Origin: Chiloscyllium plagiosum
Lineage: Eukaryota
Reading direction: 5' to 3'
Length of the DNA: 64,000 nucleotides
NCBI RefSeq assembly: GCF_004010195.1
Contig: NC_057719.1
Span: 69,502,401 to 69,566,400, forward strand
In this document: positions 51,430 through 63,579 of the stretch, piece by piece
Layout of the letters: each line of letters starts with the position of its first letter
Numbering within the stretch: the first letter of the stretch is position 1
The notes under the pieces: generated by a model
What the model was told of the DNA's origin: nothing
Seen by the model: the letters and a program-made list of their open reading frames with translations, nothing else
The model's database searches: none
Translations under genes and position numbers: made by a program

Positions 51430-52670
51430 CAAATTTTGGAACATAGGGCTTTGCAGCTACCTGACTCTCACACTGAAGCGTAAATGTATAAGGCTATAGT
51501 CTGTGATGTAGAAGGCATGCTTTTCTTTGGCAGGATGAAGGTGCAGGGAACATGTATTTCTTAAAGGTCCTGAGAAGAAGCTGTGTTTTGCTCTTCCTCC
51601 CTCTGATTGTCTGCTGGCACTAACTAGCCTCTGTGAGAGGAAGATGTACCTCCTAGTAAAGCCATCATTCCTCATCCCTCTCTAGCCACAGCGACCATGT
51701 TGAGCACCCATGTGTGAAGCAAAGAATTGCAAATCTGCGAGCATATCCAGCAACAATAAGGTTGCTGTTGGATCTAAGTTCCTGTGGTGGTCGCCAAAGT
51801 GTCCATGGATGGAAACAATTTTGTAAAGGCCAGAGCCAGGATGGTTCTTCAGACATTAGCAGACTTCTCTATTCATCGCTCCAAACTATCAACTGCCTTC
51901 AGCCGATCTGCTTGATGTACCCATGCTTGCCTCAGCAGATCAAGTTTTTGCTTATGGCTGAGAATGGGTGCATCTTCTGGCTGGACTGAGCAAGTGTCTG
52001 GTCTTTACAAGCTTTTAAGTGCCAGAGACCTCAGGCATTTCTTTTACAACTGACTGCGGAGATACATCAGTGATGTACTCCTCAAATTCCTGCCCTGAGT
52101 ATAATCGAGAAAGAGTGCACATGGAGGCCAGTGTCACTGAGCTGGTGCAGTGTGTATGTGGAAATTCTGACTGCCACCTTGGGATGGAGGTGGAGCTGAG
52201 GGTTTCTGGCACTGACATCGTCTTCACAGAGCTTATCTGGGTGTCACTATTGCCTGTACAACAGAAGAAAGGAAATTAGTTGAAGAAGATAAATAAAAGT
52301 TTCTGCAGAAGAATAATAAATTAGCACTGGTCGCAATAAGAGAACACCATGGGACAAAGAACTTACTGGGTCTCCTTGACACTATATGCACGGTCTTGTT
52401 ATTCTCTTGCCACCTTCACTATTTTATCCTCATAGGGATTGAGGAGCCTGATATGTGCCACTGCCCAGTTGTAGGCTAATTTTTCTTGCAATAAGGGAAA
52501 CAGAGGGATAGAGCAGAAGAACATTTGGTGATAATGCATGAGTAGGAGAGGTAGTGACCAACTGGAAGTGCAGAAGTCAGCAATGTTAGGAGTTTGGTGA
52601 AGTGGGTGAGATTTCTACTGTGGGCATAATGCATGCAACTGAAAAATGTAGCCCATCATCCTTGGCAAGA

Positions 52671-52788
52671 AAAAAAACAAAAGAACTGCTCTTCTGAGGA
52701 AGGGTCACTGGACCCGAAACTTGATCCCTGATTTCTCTTCACAAATGCTGCCAGACCTGCTGAGCTTTTCCAGCAACTTCTGTTTTTG
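52671..52788 (+). mobile_element. PLE family-B terminal unit with hammerhead-like core (52694-52722) and 13-bp TSD
   Basis: CTGAGGA A GGGTC-ACTG-GACCC GAAAC TT; TSD ATCCTTGG(C/T)AAGA at 52658-52670 and 52789-52801. Confidence 0.78.
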
Positions 52789-52859
52789 ATCCTTGGTAAG
52801 ATGGTGTGCTGTGGCAGAGTTAGAGCAATTGCTGGCCTCTTTGAGTGTGAGGTAACCAA

Positions 52860-53100
52860 GAGAAGATGGTGGCACGTAGCTTTGCAAAGTGCAAGAAGTC
52901 ATTGACCTCTTTCTGGCACTGCTAAGCATCCTGCTTCAAGTGACACACTGCAATGGCCCATGCTGCCATCTCTGTCTGCGCTGGCTGTGTCTGGTGGTGA
53001 AGTCTCCTCAGATAGAACGCAGGCAAGATCTCTGACCTTCTTTCTCAGACCTTCTCTTAGACTCAGGACCTCCTGATCTCTGCCCATGGAATTTCACTTT
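52860..53100 (-). pseudogene. Harbinger-associated Myb/SANT-like gene remnant
   Basis: One minus frame reads ...A*QCQKEVNDFLHFAK, matching the QCRK.(V/F)NDL motif of Myb/SANT-like domains of PIF/Harbinger elements. Confidence 0.5.
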
Positions 53101-55129
53101 CTGCTGGGGTGTTATTAATGAGGCTTGAATACCGTAGTGTGAAGGGTTGTTCCTGGGTTACAGCATTTGAAGTTACAGCTTTATAGGTCACACCAGAAAC
53201 ATAGACTCTGGAAGGCCCTGGCAGTGGTGAGCACTATAGGCCATGTGATTCTCCAAGAAACACACCCAGTTACATAATTAATGAGATGGAATGTGGAATA
53301 TTACATGAAGGATTTGCCCTGGGGTATGGCAGACTATGTTCCATGAAATTATTTGCTTTAACTGCGATTGCAAAAATCCAGTTCATTTCCTTTGGTGTCG
53401 GTCCCTGTCACTTTTGCTTGCAGAAACATAATCTGACCTATCTTCATTTGATAATCGAATATACAATCCAGTTTTCTTAATAATTATTTATAGTTATTTC
53501 AATTACTTAACTTGAAGAACAGATCAGTTCATAAATAATTCATGAATTAACAAGTAAATTATGAAAATGGAACAGTTGCATTAATTGACTGAAGCAATTA
53601 AGTGATCCATTGTATGTGATTTAGTTCATTAGTTTGTCTGGGTCAAGCTAAAAATCCAATATGCAATTATGCTAGTGATTTGGAATTCCAGACAGGATTT
53701 ATTCATTATAAAGTGGTGGGGTGGCTGATGGTCATTGAATAGATAAACAATTCTGAACAATTTGAGTTTAAATATGATCAGTTCTCTATTAGATTTCAGT
53801 TTGGGTCACTTGTAGAGTCATTGCTCTGGGCATCACTAATTTTGAGGATGAAAATATCGGTTATTAATCCCATACCTGATTGCTTCCCAGTTTCTCATGC
53901 TGGAAATGAATGAATTGGTTCAGATGCACTTCCAAATGAAGAACACATACTAAACGGAAGGCTCAATGATGAACAATGGGCACTTTTGAATGACAATATT
54001 AAACATGTCTAACACTCACAGTCCTGTATCAAAGAAGAATGCAATGGAGGAGAAACTTCACAAAATGAGTACAGAATCACTGGACAATCTGCCCTCAGCA
54101 TTTATCAGTTCTAGCAGATGGTAAAACCAAATTTAGATCCAGATCTTATTTGCAAGTAAAGGCATCCAGTGAGTCCAATTGGGTAGATGAGGAATTGTTG
54201 GTTGCCTAGTTCAGCCAGCCGGAAGCTGAGCTGGGGGTGTAGAAGTGGTGGGTGACCCCAGTGACAGCCTGAAATGACAGGCAAAGAGATTAGGATGCCG
54301 AGAAGGAGCATTTCTGTCTTTCCAGGGCCAACAAAAAAAGTCAACATTTCTCAGGCCTCTCTTTGAGCATCATTCAGCTTTAAGATGACTGCCAGTTGGG
54401 GTGCTGAATGCAGGATACAACCAGGCAGAATGGTGGAAGTGCCACTTAGTTGTACTGAAACTTTGCAATCAGGATCTCACAATTATCACAGAATCCTGAA
54501 TTACATATATTTATGGAACACAATAGCTTCCAGGCAAATACTGTCTTTGATGATCAGTGAGTGTTGGATGGAAAAGTGTGTGACTGTTGCTGAATAAGGA
54601 ATTGTGGTTGTGCCTATTGCTACTAGTACTGCGAGTTTCCTTCAGACTGCTCAAGGCCATGGCAGCATACATCACATTCTCCATCACCTTCTATGCTACA
54701 GCTTTGTCACATGTGTGCTACCTAAATGTGTGAGAGCTGTGCACTGAAGTCAGCAGCCATATTGTCAACAGATAGCCCTCATTGTCCAGTGACCACCCTT
54801 TGGTCATGATGACTCAAATGCAGCTGGCATGTTGTACTGAAGCAGAATGATGTCAATATGACTGCTGCCAGGAAAGTGAGTATTGACCTCTATGATTAGC
54901 ATGCTGTGGTCACATGCTGGCTAGTTGTTGAGGGAGAACAATCACTTTCAGTCGCAGTACTTAATAGAGATGTGGTACTATGCGTGCACTGTCAATGGAT
55001 TTCTGAACAATGGGGAAGGGTGCAATTCTAGTAAAACTGCATCCCTGATTCATGTACAGTGAAAGCACAGTGAGTTAAATTTGCATAACCTTGTACTCTG
55101 GTGGCCAGCAGAATAGCAAGTTCAATAGC

Positions 55130-55345
55130 ATGATGTGGAATTCTTTACTGCAGAGGGTTATAGAGGCCGGGACATTGATCATATTCAAGGCTGAGACACA
55201 CATATTTTCAAACAGCAAGGAAATGAAGATTTCTGGGGAAAAGGCAGGAAAGTGAATTTGCAGTTACCAGCTGTAATCTTATTGAACAATGGAGCATACT
55301 CATTTGCCAGATGCCTTACTTCAGCTCCTATGTCAATGGTCTTAC
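55130..55345 (+). mobile_element. Old CR1 3' tail
   Basis: TGTGGAATTCTTTACTGCAGAGGGTTATAGAGGC...TTCAAGGCTGAG...CTCCTATGTC. Confidence 0.65.
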
Positions 55346-55499
55346 AATCAGCCACAGTTTGAACTGGTAACTATGGATTAGCCAAAATCCTGCAAGCTTC
55401 TCATATGACTGCACCAGCAATCAATTTGGTGTTGGATACGATGGAGCATAAAATCATGGAGCTATGGCTAAGCCATCATTCGACGCCAAGCTGACCCGG

Positions 55500-56900
55500 T
55501 GAGAGGACATTAAAATCCCGTAAGTATGGTTAAACTTGTGAAAAAGTTAAAACTGTTGTTGAATGGAGTCAAAGTGAAGTCCGTACACCAAGTAAACAGT
55601 GGTGTGAAGCAAAAAGCAGACATTGCTAATTAGTGCAAGATGCCACCATTGAGTTGTCAACCGTTTTGAAGCACAAGGTGAGCATCTTTAAACAGTCTGG
55701 CAAGTAGACAATCTCTCCAACAAGGAAGAGGATGTAAAAGCTGCTTCTCCCAATGTTGAAGCTGCTCTACTAATGTTGTTCAAGTTAACTGGAGCAGAGA
55801 ACATTCCAATCTCCAGTCTAATCCTCCAGGAAAGGGGAGTTGCTCTACTAAATAAGCTGGGCCATAAAGAGTTCATCTGCAGCAATGTATGGCTGGTCTG
55901 ATCCATGATAAGGCACAGCACTGTTTTCCACACAGAGTGGAGCAGTTATTGCAACAATAACACTTAATTGGCAACAAAGTGGCCTCACCCATGTCCTGCA
56001 TGATTATTGCAAGAGACATTTTTATCATGGAGGAAGCCAAACAGTTTACCATCTTTTGCCAGATCAGTCTTTGATGTTTAAAGATGAAACGTGTAATGGT
56101 AGAAAGGGGAGCAGCGAATGTGTCAATGATATGGTTTGCACCAACTTGGATGGCACCAAACAAAAATATTATCCTCATTATGATAACTGCCCTGTGTACT
56201 CTGACATCTGTGGACCCCAAGAGTATCATGGTTTTGCTTCAAAAACCGTGGTCAACTCCAGCGAATGGATTTGGAATATTAGGAACATAAAAACTATCTA
56301 CTGATGGCAACTGATCTCACAAGTATTGAAGCCATTGATAAGCGGAAGTATAACCCAACACTTCTAGAGGCCACATTCATTATGAAGAAGGCATGGAAGG
56401 TGGTAATGAAAGCCACAATTGCCAATGACAACAACTAGGCTACAACTGCACAAGATGTCAAGAACAGAGAAAAGCAGGATGAGACCATCCAACCTAATGG
56501 CAAGATTCTATTCACTCGCCTGTGGGAGCTTTTCATGGGAATTTCTGCAAAGAAAACTGTAGAATATATATACTACACGTCTCGAGCTAACAGATAAGGC
56601 AATAGTAGATGCAATATTTTATTCAGCTGAGGAAGCCATTGAGAGTGAAGGGTCCAATGAATGCCTTCCCAATCATCTTACTTTATCTTTAGCTGAAGCC
56701 ACAAAGACTGTAGAGGTACTCTGCAATTTGCACTACCTTATGAAAGATGTTTGACTGGATTGATAGCATGATGCGCTGTACTGCACTGGTCCAAAGATAG
56801 TATACTGAGCAGGAAAAGATTTCTGAGTTTTTTTATCGTATAAAATCAGGCCATTGCAAGGTGAGAACAAGTTGAAAAATAAAGACATTTTGCATACATT
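55500..56900 (+). pseudogene. Decayed Tigger/pogo (TIGD/CENP-B-like) transposase
   Basis: NVEAALLMLFKLTGAENIPISSLILQERG..LGHKEFICSNVWL (CENP-B HTH, about 55740-55930); RDIF..LLPDQSLMFKDETCNGRKGSSECVNDMVCTNLDG (DDE N-part); LLEATFIMKKAWKVVMKATIAN; stops, frameshifts and a deletion. Confidence 0.8.
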
Positions 56901-58591
56901 TACTGCTTTGCTTGTTTTTATTTGAGAGGTTTTTTTGACATAACAAATACATATGTAGGTAAATTGGGTCACATAGGGGCATCTTCAGCTGTATTGAAGC
57001 TCTGTTTACCACAAATTTGTTGGCACAGCTCTTGTGATTTTACCGTACTTATCTCTATCTAACTAGAACAAAATGTAGTGAGGTCTCCTGAAAGCATTAG
57101 TGATTTCCTACACAATCCAGAGGGCAGTCGAGAGTCAATTAAATTGTTGTAGGTCTGGAATCAAATGTAGACTATTGCAAGTAAGGATGGCAGATTTCCT
57201 CCCCTAAAGGACATAGTAAATGAAATGGGGTTTTTTTCCCGACAATGAACAACTTACAGACTTTTTCAATTTCCAGACTTTTATTGAATTCAAATTCCAT
57301 CATCTGCCATGGTGGGATTCAAACTCAAGTACCCAGGGCATTACCTGGGTCTCCTGATTGCTAGTTTAGTGATAATATCACTAGGCCCTTGCATCCCCTT
57401 TACATGGCCTCTGTTCATCGGTACATTGCTAAGCTCCAGGCCTGCTACTCGGATCCACTGGTTTGTACAGAAACCTTTAAGTCTACAATATTTCCTACAG
57501 CTATCACACCACTCTTTGCAGTCTTTGCCAATTTGAAAAAACTATAGAAAATGCTAACGCTTGTAGAATTGTATCAACTGCAAGAGAAATCAACCAGTAA
57601 CTAACTAGTAAGTAAGTTTATTATCTCTTGAAAGAGTATTGGATTGTACGTTCTCCATCACTCATTCACTCAGCTGTCCATGGTTAACATTGGCTCAATT
57701 GTAGGATTGAGCTCCAAGATGGAATCAAGTCAGAATTATGTCATGATCTGTGCAGTCAGCATACTTCCAGTAGATTGTCACTGCACAAGGGCTAAAAGGC
57801 TCTCATCAAAATGATGCCCTTTCCAATTCACCCAGAAGTACTGCTATGTACCGTAAAGGCCATTTTGGAGCTTGAACAGCAGTCACTGCACCCAAAAAAA
57901 TAGCCATTATCACACCCCACTTCAGCCACATTCAATCAATGGAGAAATTCAAATCTGAATTATCTGCAACTTTTTGAAATATGGATTGCTCAGAAAGATT
58001 CGCAGCATGCCAGTCCTATTGCTCCACAATTATTCTCGTTTCCAATGATAGTTTTGTTTTAAAATAGGATTGTCTTTATAAGGAAATGGTGATGGATCCT
58101 GTTGTAACAGTACGACTGATAGTAAGAATTTAATTTGTTGTTCAACACTGTTTTAATTTGTTAATTATTGTTGCTTGTTGTGGGTGTATGTTAATTTTTT
58201 TCACAGATATGATTCATTTTTGGGGGGAGAAAAAGGGGAAGAAATAAAAAAACCTCCTTAATTTCACAAATGAAAGGGTGAAGGCAACCTGAACATAGTT
58301 TTATTGTTTATATTAACATTTTATTATTACTTTGTTCTGATTTTTGCTTGTATTTAGCTGCATTTTTAATGGTTATTGTGTTAATTATGAAGAATGGCTA
58401 CTTTGCAATATTTGTTAATTGTTCAGCAAACAACATAATTGCCATATGTCCATTTTTTGGCTGTGTTAATCTTTTGGCACCACACAAAAAATTCTATAAA
58501 TTATGCAGGGCACAGATCAATTGTAAAACTCTGTTGGCATCCAGACCCACAAGCTTCCAAGGGAAGGAGCATAATTAAAATGAATGGCTCC

Positions 58592-59182
58592 TGGGCTGAA
58601 TTCCTTAATATTCATGAAAAAGAAGTGAGCTACTACCAGCCGGTGAGCTGCAATTAGGCTTTCAGACTGGGCTTGATCTCAATCTTGATCAGTGCTTTGA
58701 GGTGGGAGAGGAGGCACATTATAGCTATCAGCAGGAGAAGAACAGACAGCCCTTCCCTACCAGGCAGATGGCTGAAAGTGATATTTCAGGGGGACTCTGT
58801 TTGGCAAAAGTCTGGAGAGTTGGGGAGTGTGACTTTGTATGGCCTGCAGCGCTCCTCATAGGCTGCAAAAGAAATGTTTTCTCTTCCCTCGGGAACATCT
58901 TTGGCATCAGCTGCCAACTTGCTTCAGCCCAGCAGGTAATCTGTGCCTGCTTTCCCCTCCAGGCCTGTTTAAAAGGATATGTACGTCCTATTGATATCAT
59001 GGGAACCTCATTAATAATCATGCAAGAGGTTTACTCCCGGGTTTGGTGGATATGTCATTGCTATCAAAACCAGTGGTGTTAAACTGACAGACTGATGAGA
59101 ATTGAGAAGAAATAGAACAGCTTTATTTTAACTGCTTACCCTCTTCTTTTTTGTCAGTTGGGAAAAGTTAAAATTCCAGCTC
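58592..59182. mobile_element. Possible old Harbinger-type non-autonomous element
   Basis: Termini GGGCTGAATT ... AATTCCAGCTC bracket a segment more GC-rich than its flanks. Confidence 0.3.
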
Positions 59183-61129
59183 CATGATCCATCCTGCCCT
59201 GATCCAGCCCACCCCAGTCTCTTTGTACAGCAAGAAATATTAATTGTATGTAGTATTAAATATGACTTAACTATACAAACATATTGGCGCATTATTGCAT
59301 CAGTGACTAATCCTCATCATTTCTTGGCACTGCCATATATATCATGGTCAAAATGGTCTAGTTGTTTGATTAGGTGAGGTCTTTAGTTTAACTTTGTCCA
59401 CTCAATCAATGTCCCACCCCTAGCCATTCTCCCCACAAAGGAATGATATTGATATTCACTTTGTTGAATTTAGTTTAATTTAATTTAATTTAAAAGCAGC
59501 TTCTCCTGAACAAAGTCTGAACTGACAAAAATGTCATCAACTATAAGTTAAATGGCTAAGTAGTAATGGACAAGAACAAGTTTCATGCATAATGAAGCAC
59601 CAGCAATGACAAAAACTAAATTGTAAGGAAAAGGATACATATTGTTAGTTCTAGACTTACCTGTGAAGACCTTGATGAGCTAAGTAGCTGAGTATCATTA
59701 TGAAAATTTCATGAACAACATTTGCTACTCCATAGCATTACTTTAATTATTTGGCTTTCTCTGATCACACAAACAAAGGAACAATTTGATCTGTACTTTT
59801 TGAAGTCTCATTAGCTAATTACATTCAAATTTACTGCTGTAAGAAGTTATTTTACTGTACAGAATGTGCATTATGTGAATTGTATGGAAGGGCAATAGCC
59901 AACATTCTGAGTACAGCACTGCTGTGAAGTCATTAAACTGCCTAATAAATTGTCTGCTGTCAATTTGAGCTCAGTACAGGCTTATTGACTCGATGAATGT
60001 AGAGTTGTTTATAGGAATCAAGCCATAAAGATCCCACTCTGTTTATATTTGAAGCTGCATTTATGGATGAGAGAGTGAATGGTATTATTTCATATGTTAG
60101 CATGAAGTTGATGAATTGTTACTATCAAGATAATAATTTTACTGCTAATATTGCAGATCATGCCAAGATTTCAAGTTTCCCCCTTATGGTGATACAATTA
60201 TGTTCCTTACTTTGTATTTTCAAATGTGCAAATATGCATTTTATAGTACAGTGTATTTGGTTTTCAATGTGTACACGTTGTATTGAACTCGCTAATGTTT
60301 TTATTTTGCTGTGTTGGTTGTAAATTGACTTGCTCTCCTTGGATGGTGAAAGAGTTTTTTTTAATTATTCTTTCCCAATGTTAAATTCTTATCTATTTAA
60401 TATTAATCCTACCTTGTTTCATGGTGCACCCAGTAAGATAAAACTCTTGCCAGGCAATAAATTTTGGACCAGATGTGGTTCATACTTAATAGAAGTAAAT
60501 TTCCATTTTGCTACATCTGACATAGATTGTACACACATATTGGGAATTTGTTTTACACCTCCAACTTGTATTGTTTCATTAATTAATTTTCCTAGTAAGA
60601 AAACAACAGGCTAGGAGCTAGCAATTTCCTGCCTGAAGGATGGTAGCAAAAGATATTACTTTTCAGATGTGGTTTTGGCTCATTAAATATTCTGTTTCAA
60701 CTTAAATGAAAGGATAGTCCCAGTGAGGTTAATGAAGTCCTCGTTTGTCAATGTATTGAATGCATAAAATAAATGGTTTTGAACTCGAACTTAGGATCTC
60801 TATAGAGTCAGTTGAAGGATGTTAAAGTACCTAAGCTGAGCTTTAAACCTTAGCAAAAGACTTTGAAGATATTTTCAAAGTCTTTGTCTGGGAATCCTGA
60901 AGCTGTACGCAATTGTAGAATATGGAGTGCTGTATTAGTAGCCCACAGACATAACTACAATTAAACTGTGTTTGTATGCAATAACTGAAGACTTCAAGCC
61001 TACAAATTTGTAACTTATTGCTCCTTTCTACTTGTGTCTTTTGTTTCACTTAGGGCATGCATTTGATGCTGTAAAAGTGAGTGGTGAAGACGGTTTTAAG
61101 ACTGTTAAGACTCAACTTTGAATGCTGAC

Positions 61130-61637
61130 ATAGTCATAGAGATGTACAGCATGGAATCAGACCCTTCTGCCCAACCCATCCAGGTGACCAGATATCCCAA
61201 CCCAATCTAGTCCCACCTGCCAGCACCTGGCCCATATCCTTCCAAACCCTTCCTATTCATATACCCATCCAAATGCCTCTTAAATGTTGCAATTGCACCA
61301 GCCTCCACCACTTCCTCTGGCAGCTCATTCCATACACACACCATTCCCTGTGTGAAAAAGTTGCCCCTTAGGTCTCTTTTATATCTTTTCCCTTTCACCC
61401 TAAACCTATGCCCTCTAGTTCTGGACTCCCCGACCCCAGGGAACAGACTTTGCCTATTTACCCTATCCATGCCCCTCATAATTTTATAAACCTCTATAAG
61501 GTCACCCCTCAGCATCGGACACTGCAGGGAAAACAGCCCCAGCCTGTTCAGCCTCTCCCTATAGCTCAAATCCTCCAACCCTGGCAACATTCTTGCGAAT
61601 CTTTTCTGAGCCCTTTCAAGTTTCACAACATCTTTCA
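61130..61637 (-). mobile_element. CR1 LINE 3' end
   Basis: ORF 61207-61638 DVVKLERAQKRFARMLPGL...YGPGAGRWD; tail CTCTATGACT. Confidence 0.93.
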
Positions 61638-63036
61638 TCTCTTTCTCTTAAGGGCCTAAAGGAGTAGAAGCAGAATAGATTTGATTGTATTTTCTGGGAC
61701 AGTCCTTGAGGAAAAAGGTCACCTGGCAAGATGTTCTAGTATTGTACATCTCAACACTATAGTGAATATTCAAGTGTGATAAAGTGAATGGAAGATTATG
61801 TAATGAGATAAGGAAGGTAAGAAAGTGAGAAATTATAAACTTGTGAAAGGCCTTTAAACATTTACTTTCCCATTTCCTCGATGCCCAGCATTTCATGGAT
61901 ATTATCCTCATAAGAGTTAAGGGTTGGAAGTTAATTTCCTGCATTGTGCATATTGTGCGTTAGTTCCTCATACAATTGGAAAGGGACCTATGCTTGAAAA
62001 AGTAACATGTATTGAAAAAAAACACAAAGAATATATTATTGGCACTCTATCAGGAATAAAGTTCAAACCAATTATAGCTGGCCAGCAGCAAATTCTTGTC
62101 TCTGGAACAACCACTGCAGTCATCAATAGATCATTGAATGATGTGCGGCTTATCTCATCCACCAAGAAAGTGTTCAGCAGTTTCTGTGAGATGTAAGTTA
62201 TGTACTACTAGAGGTCATTGGATTAAAATGAGTAAGAAATCCAATCACACAGAGAAGCCCAAAGTACAACATAATGCTCTACAGCAGCATGTGAAAAAGG
62301 ACATCGAAAGAACAGTAATGAATAAGCTTCAAAAGCTCCATTCATGCAGTGAAGAGACCATAATTCCAGAATACTATGGGCTGCCTTCGTTAATGAAAAA
62401 GACAATGAGTGGTGAGTACAACTTGTGGGTCAACACACCTCAGGTAAGGACCAATGTTCAGAAGGTAAGTCCTTCATGGTAACTATGCCAGTAGAGAAAT
62501 TCAAACCATACTTATTGTCGCTGTATCGCAAACCAGTCAACTGAGCAAACAACCCTACAGCTAAAGCATGTCAATAAAGTCCAACACTACAGTATACAGA
62601 ATCCAGTCAGACAGAACATGTGATAAACTTGGCACATCACATGGGTGCCATCAGAAAAGCAGAAGCTTTTGTCTCCTTTCAAATGATGTATCCCAAAAGG
62701 ATCGGACAATAAGCACTCTCATCAAGATTAACACTACCAAAGTACAAACATCCTCCTTTTATGTATCTTAGATGAGATGTAATTAGGAAACTGGCACAGT
62801 GTGGTGCAGTCCACACATGATAAGCATACAACTTATCCAACATCCCATACATTGGCATCATCTGTCTTAAATGTCAATGCCATCCTCAAGCTGGATACCT
62901 GAAATCTTTTACATGGATGAAACAGATGAAACACCTATTATTGGCCTGCAAGTATGCCTCAATTACATCATTACCATTCACGAGGTAACAATTCTGTCTA
63001 TTGCAACTCCAAAGATTTCAAACCACAATATTATTA

Positions 63037-63251
63037 GGAGAAAGTGAGGACTGCAGATGCTGGAGATCAGAGTCGAGAGTGTGGTGCTGGAAAAGCACAG
63101 CAGGTCAGGCAGCACCTGAGGAGCAGGGGAATCGACATTTCAGGCAAGAGCATACAGCATGAAGGCCTGATGAAGGGCTCTTGCCTGAAACATCGATTCT
63201 CCTATTCCTTGGATGCTGCTTGACCTACTGTGCTTTTCCAGCACCCCATTC
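63037..63251. mobile_element. PLE terminal fold-back insertion, 16-bp TSD, CpG-decayed hammerhead (63167-63198, +)
   Basis: TCAAACCACAATATTA at 63018-63033 and 63252-63267; CTGATGA A GGGC-TCTT-GCCT GAAAC ATC GATT. Confidence 0.87.
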
Positions 63252-63579
63252 TCAAACCACAATATTACATCTACCTGTCACACGGCCAACCCTAGTCCAT
63301 CTTGGTTTGATGCTGATGGCAACATTAAAGGCAATGCTATGTTATATCTGAAAGATGATGTCCATTCTGATATTGATTCTCCTCATAAGTGCATTATTCA
63401 CATTCAAGAAAAGCTCAAAATGGAATTGGATAAGAACATTGAGTATTAAGCATTGAGAACATTCTGCATACAATAGTGTGAGTTGTGGTTGATGAGCTTA
63501 GTGAGAGGTCCACACAATGGTAAAGTTTGAGTCAGTGGTGGTCCTGCAGGTTGCAGGTAGCAGAGAGAAAATGGTGATA

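Noticed and set aside
59672..59693. Hammerhead-like TTGATGA GCTA-AG-TAGC TGAG
   Set aside because: Lacks C3 and the GAAA box; no PLE context.
62630..62900. Harbinger transposase DDE remnant (VDCT-like motif, minus strand)
   Set aside because: Only a 4-residue resemblance; too weak to call without an HMM search.
2497..63251. Recurrent palindromic 36-nt motif as a CRISPR repeat
   Set aside because: Dispersed rather than arrayed, no spacers or cas genes, vertebrate DNA; explained by PLE termini.
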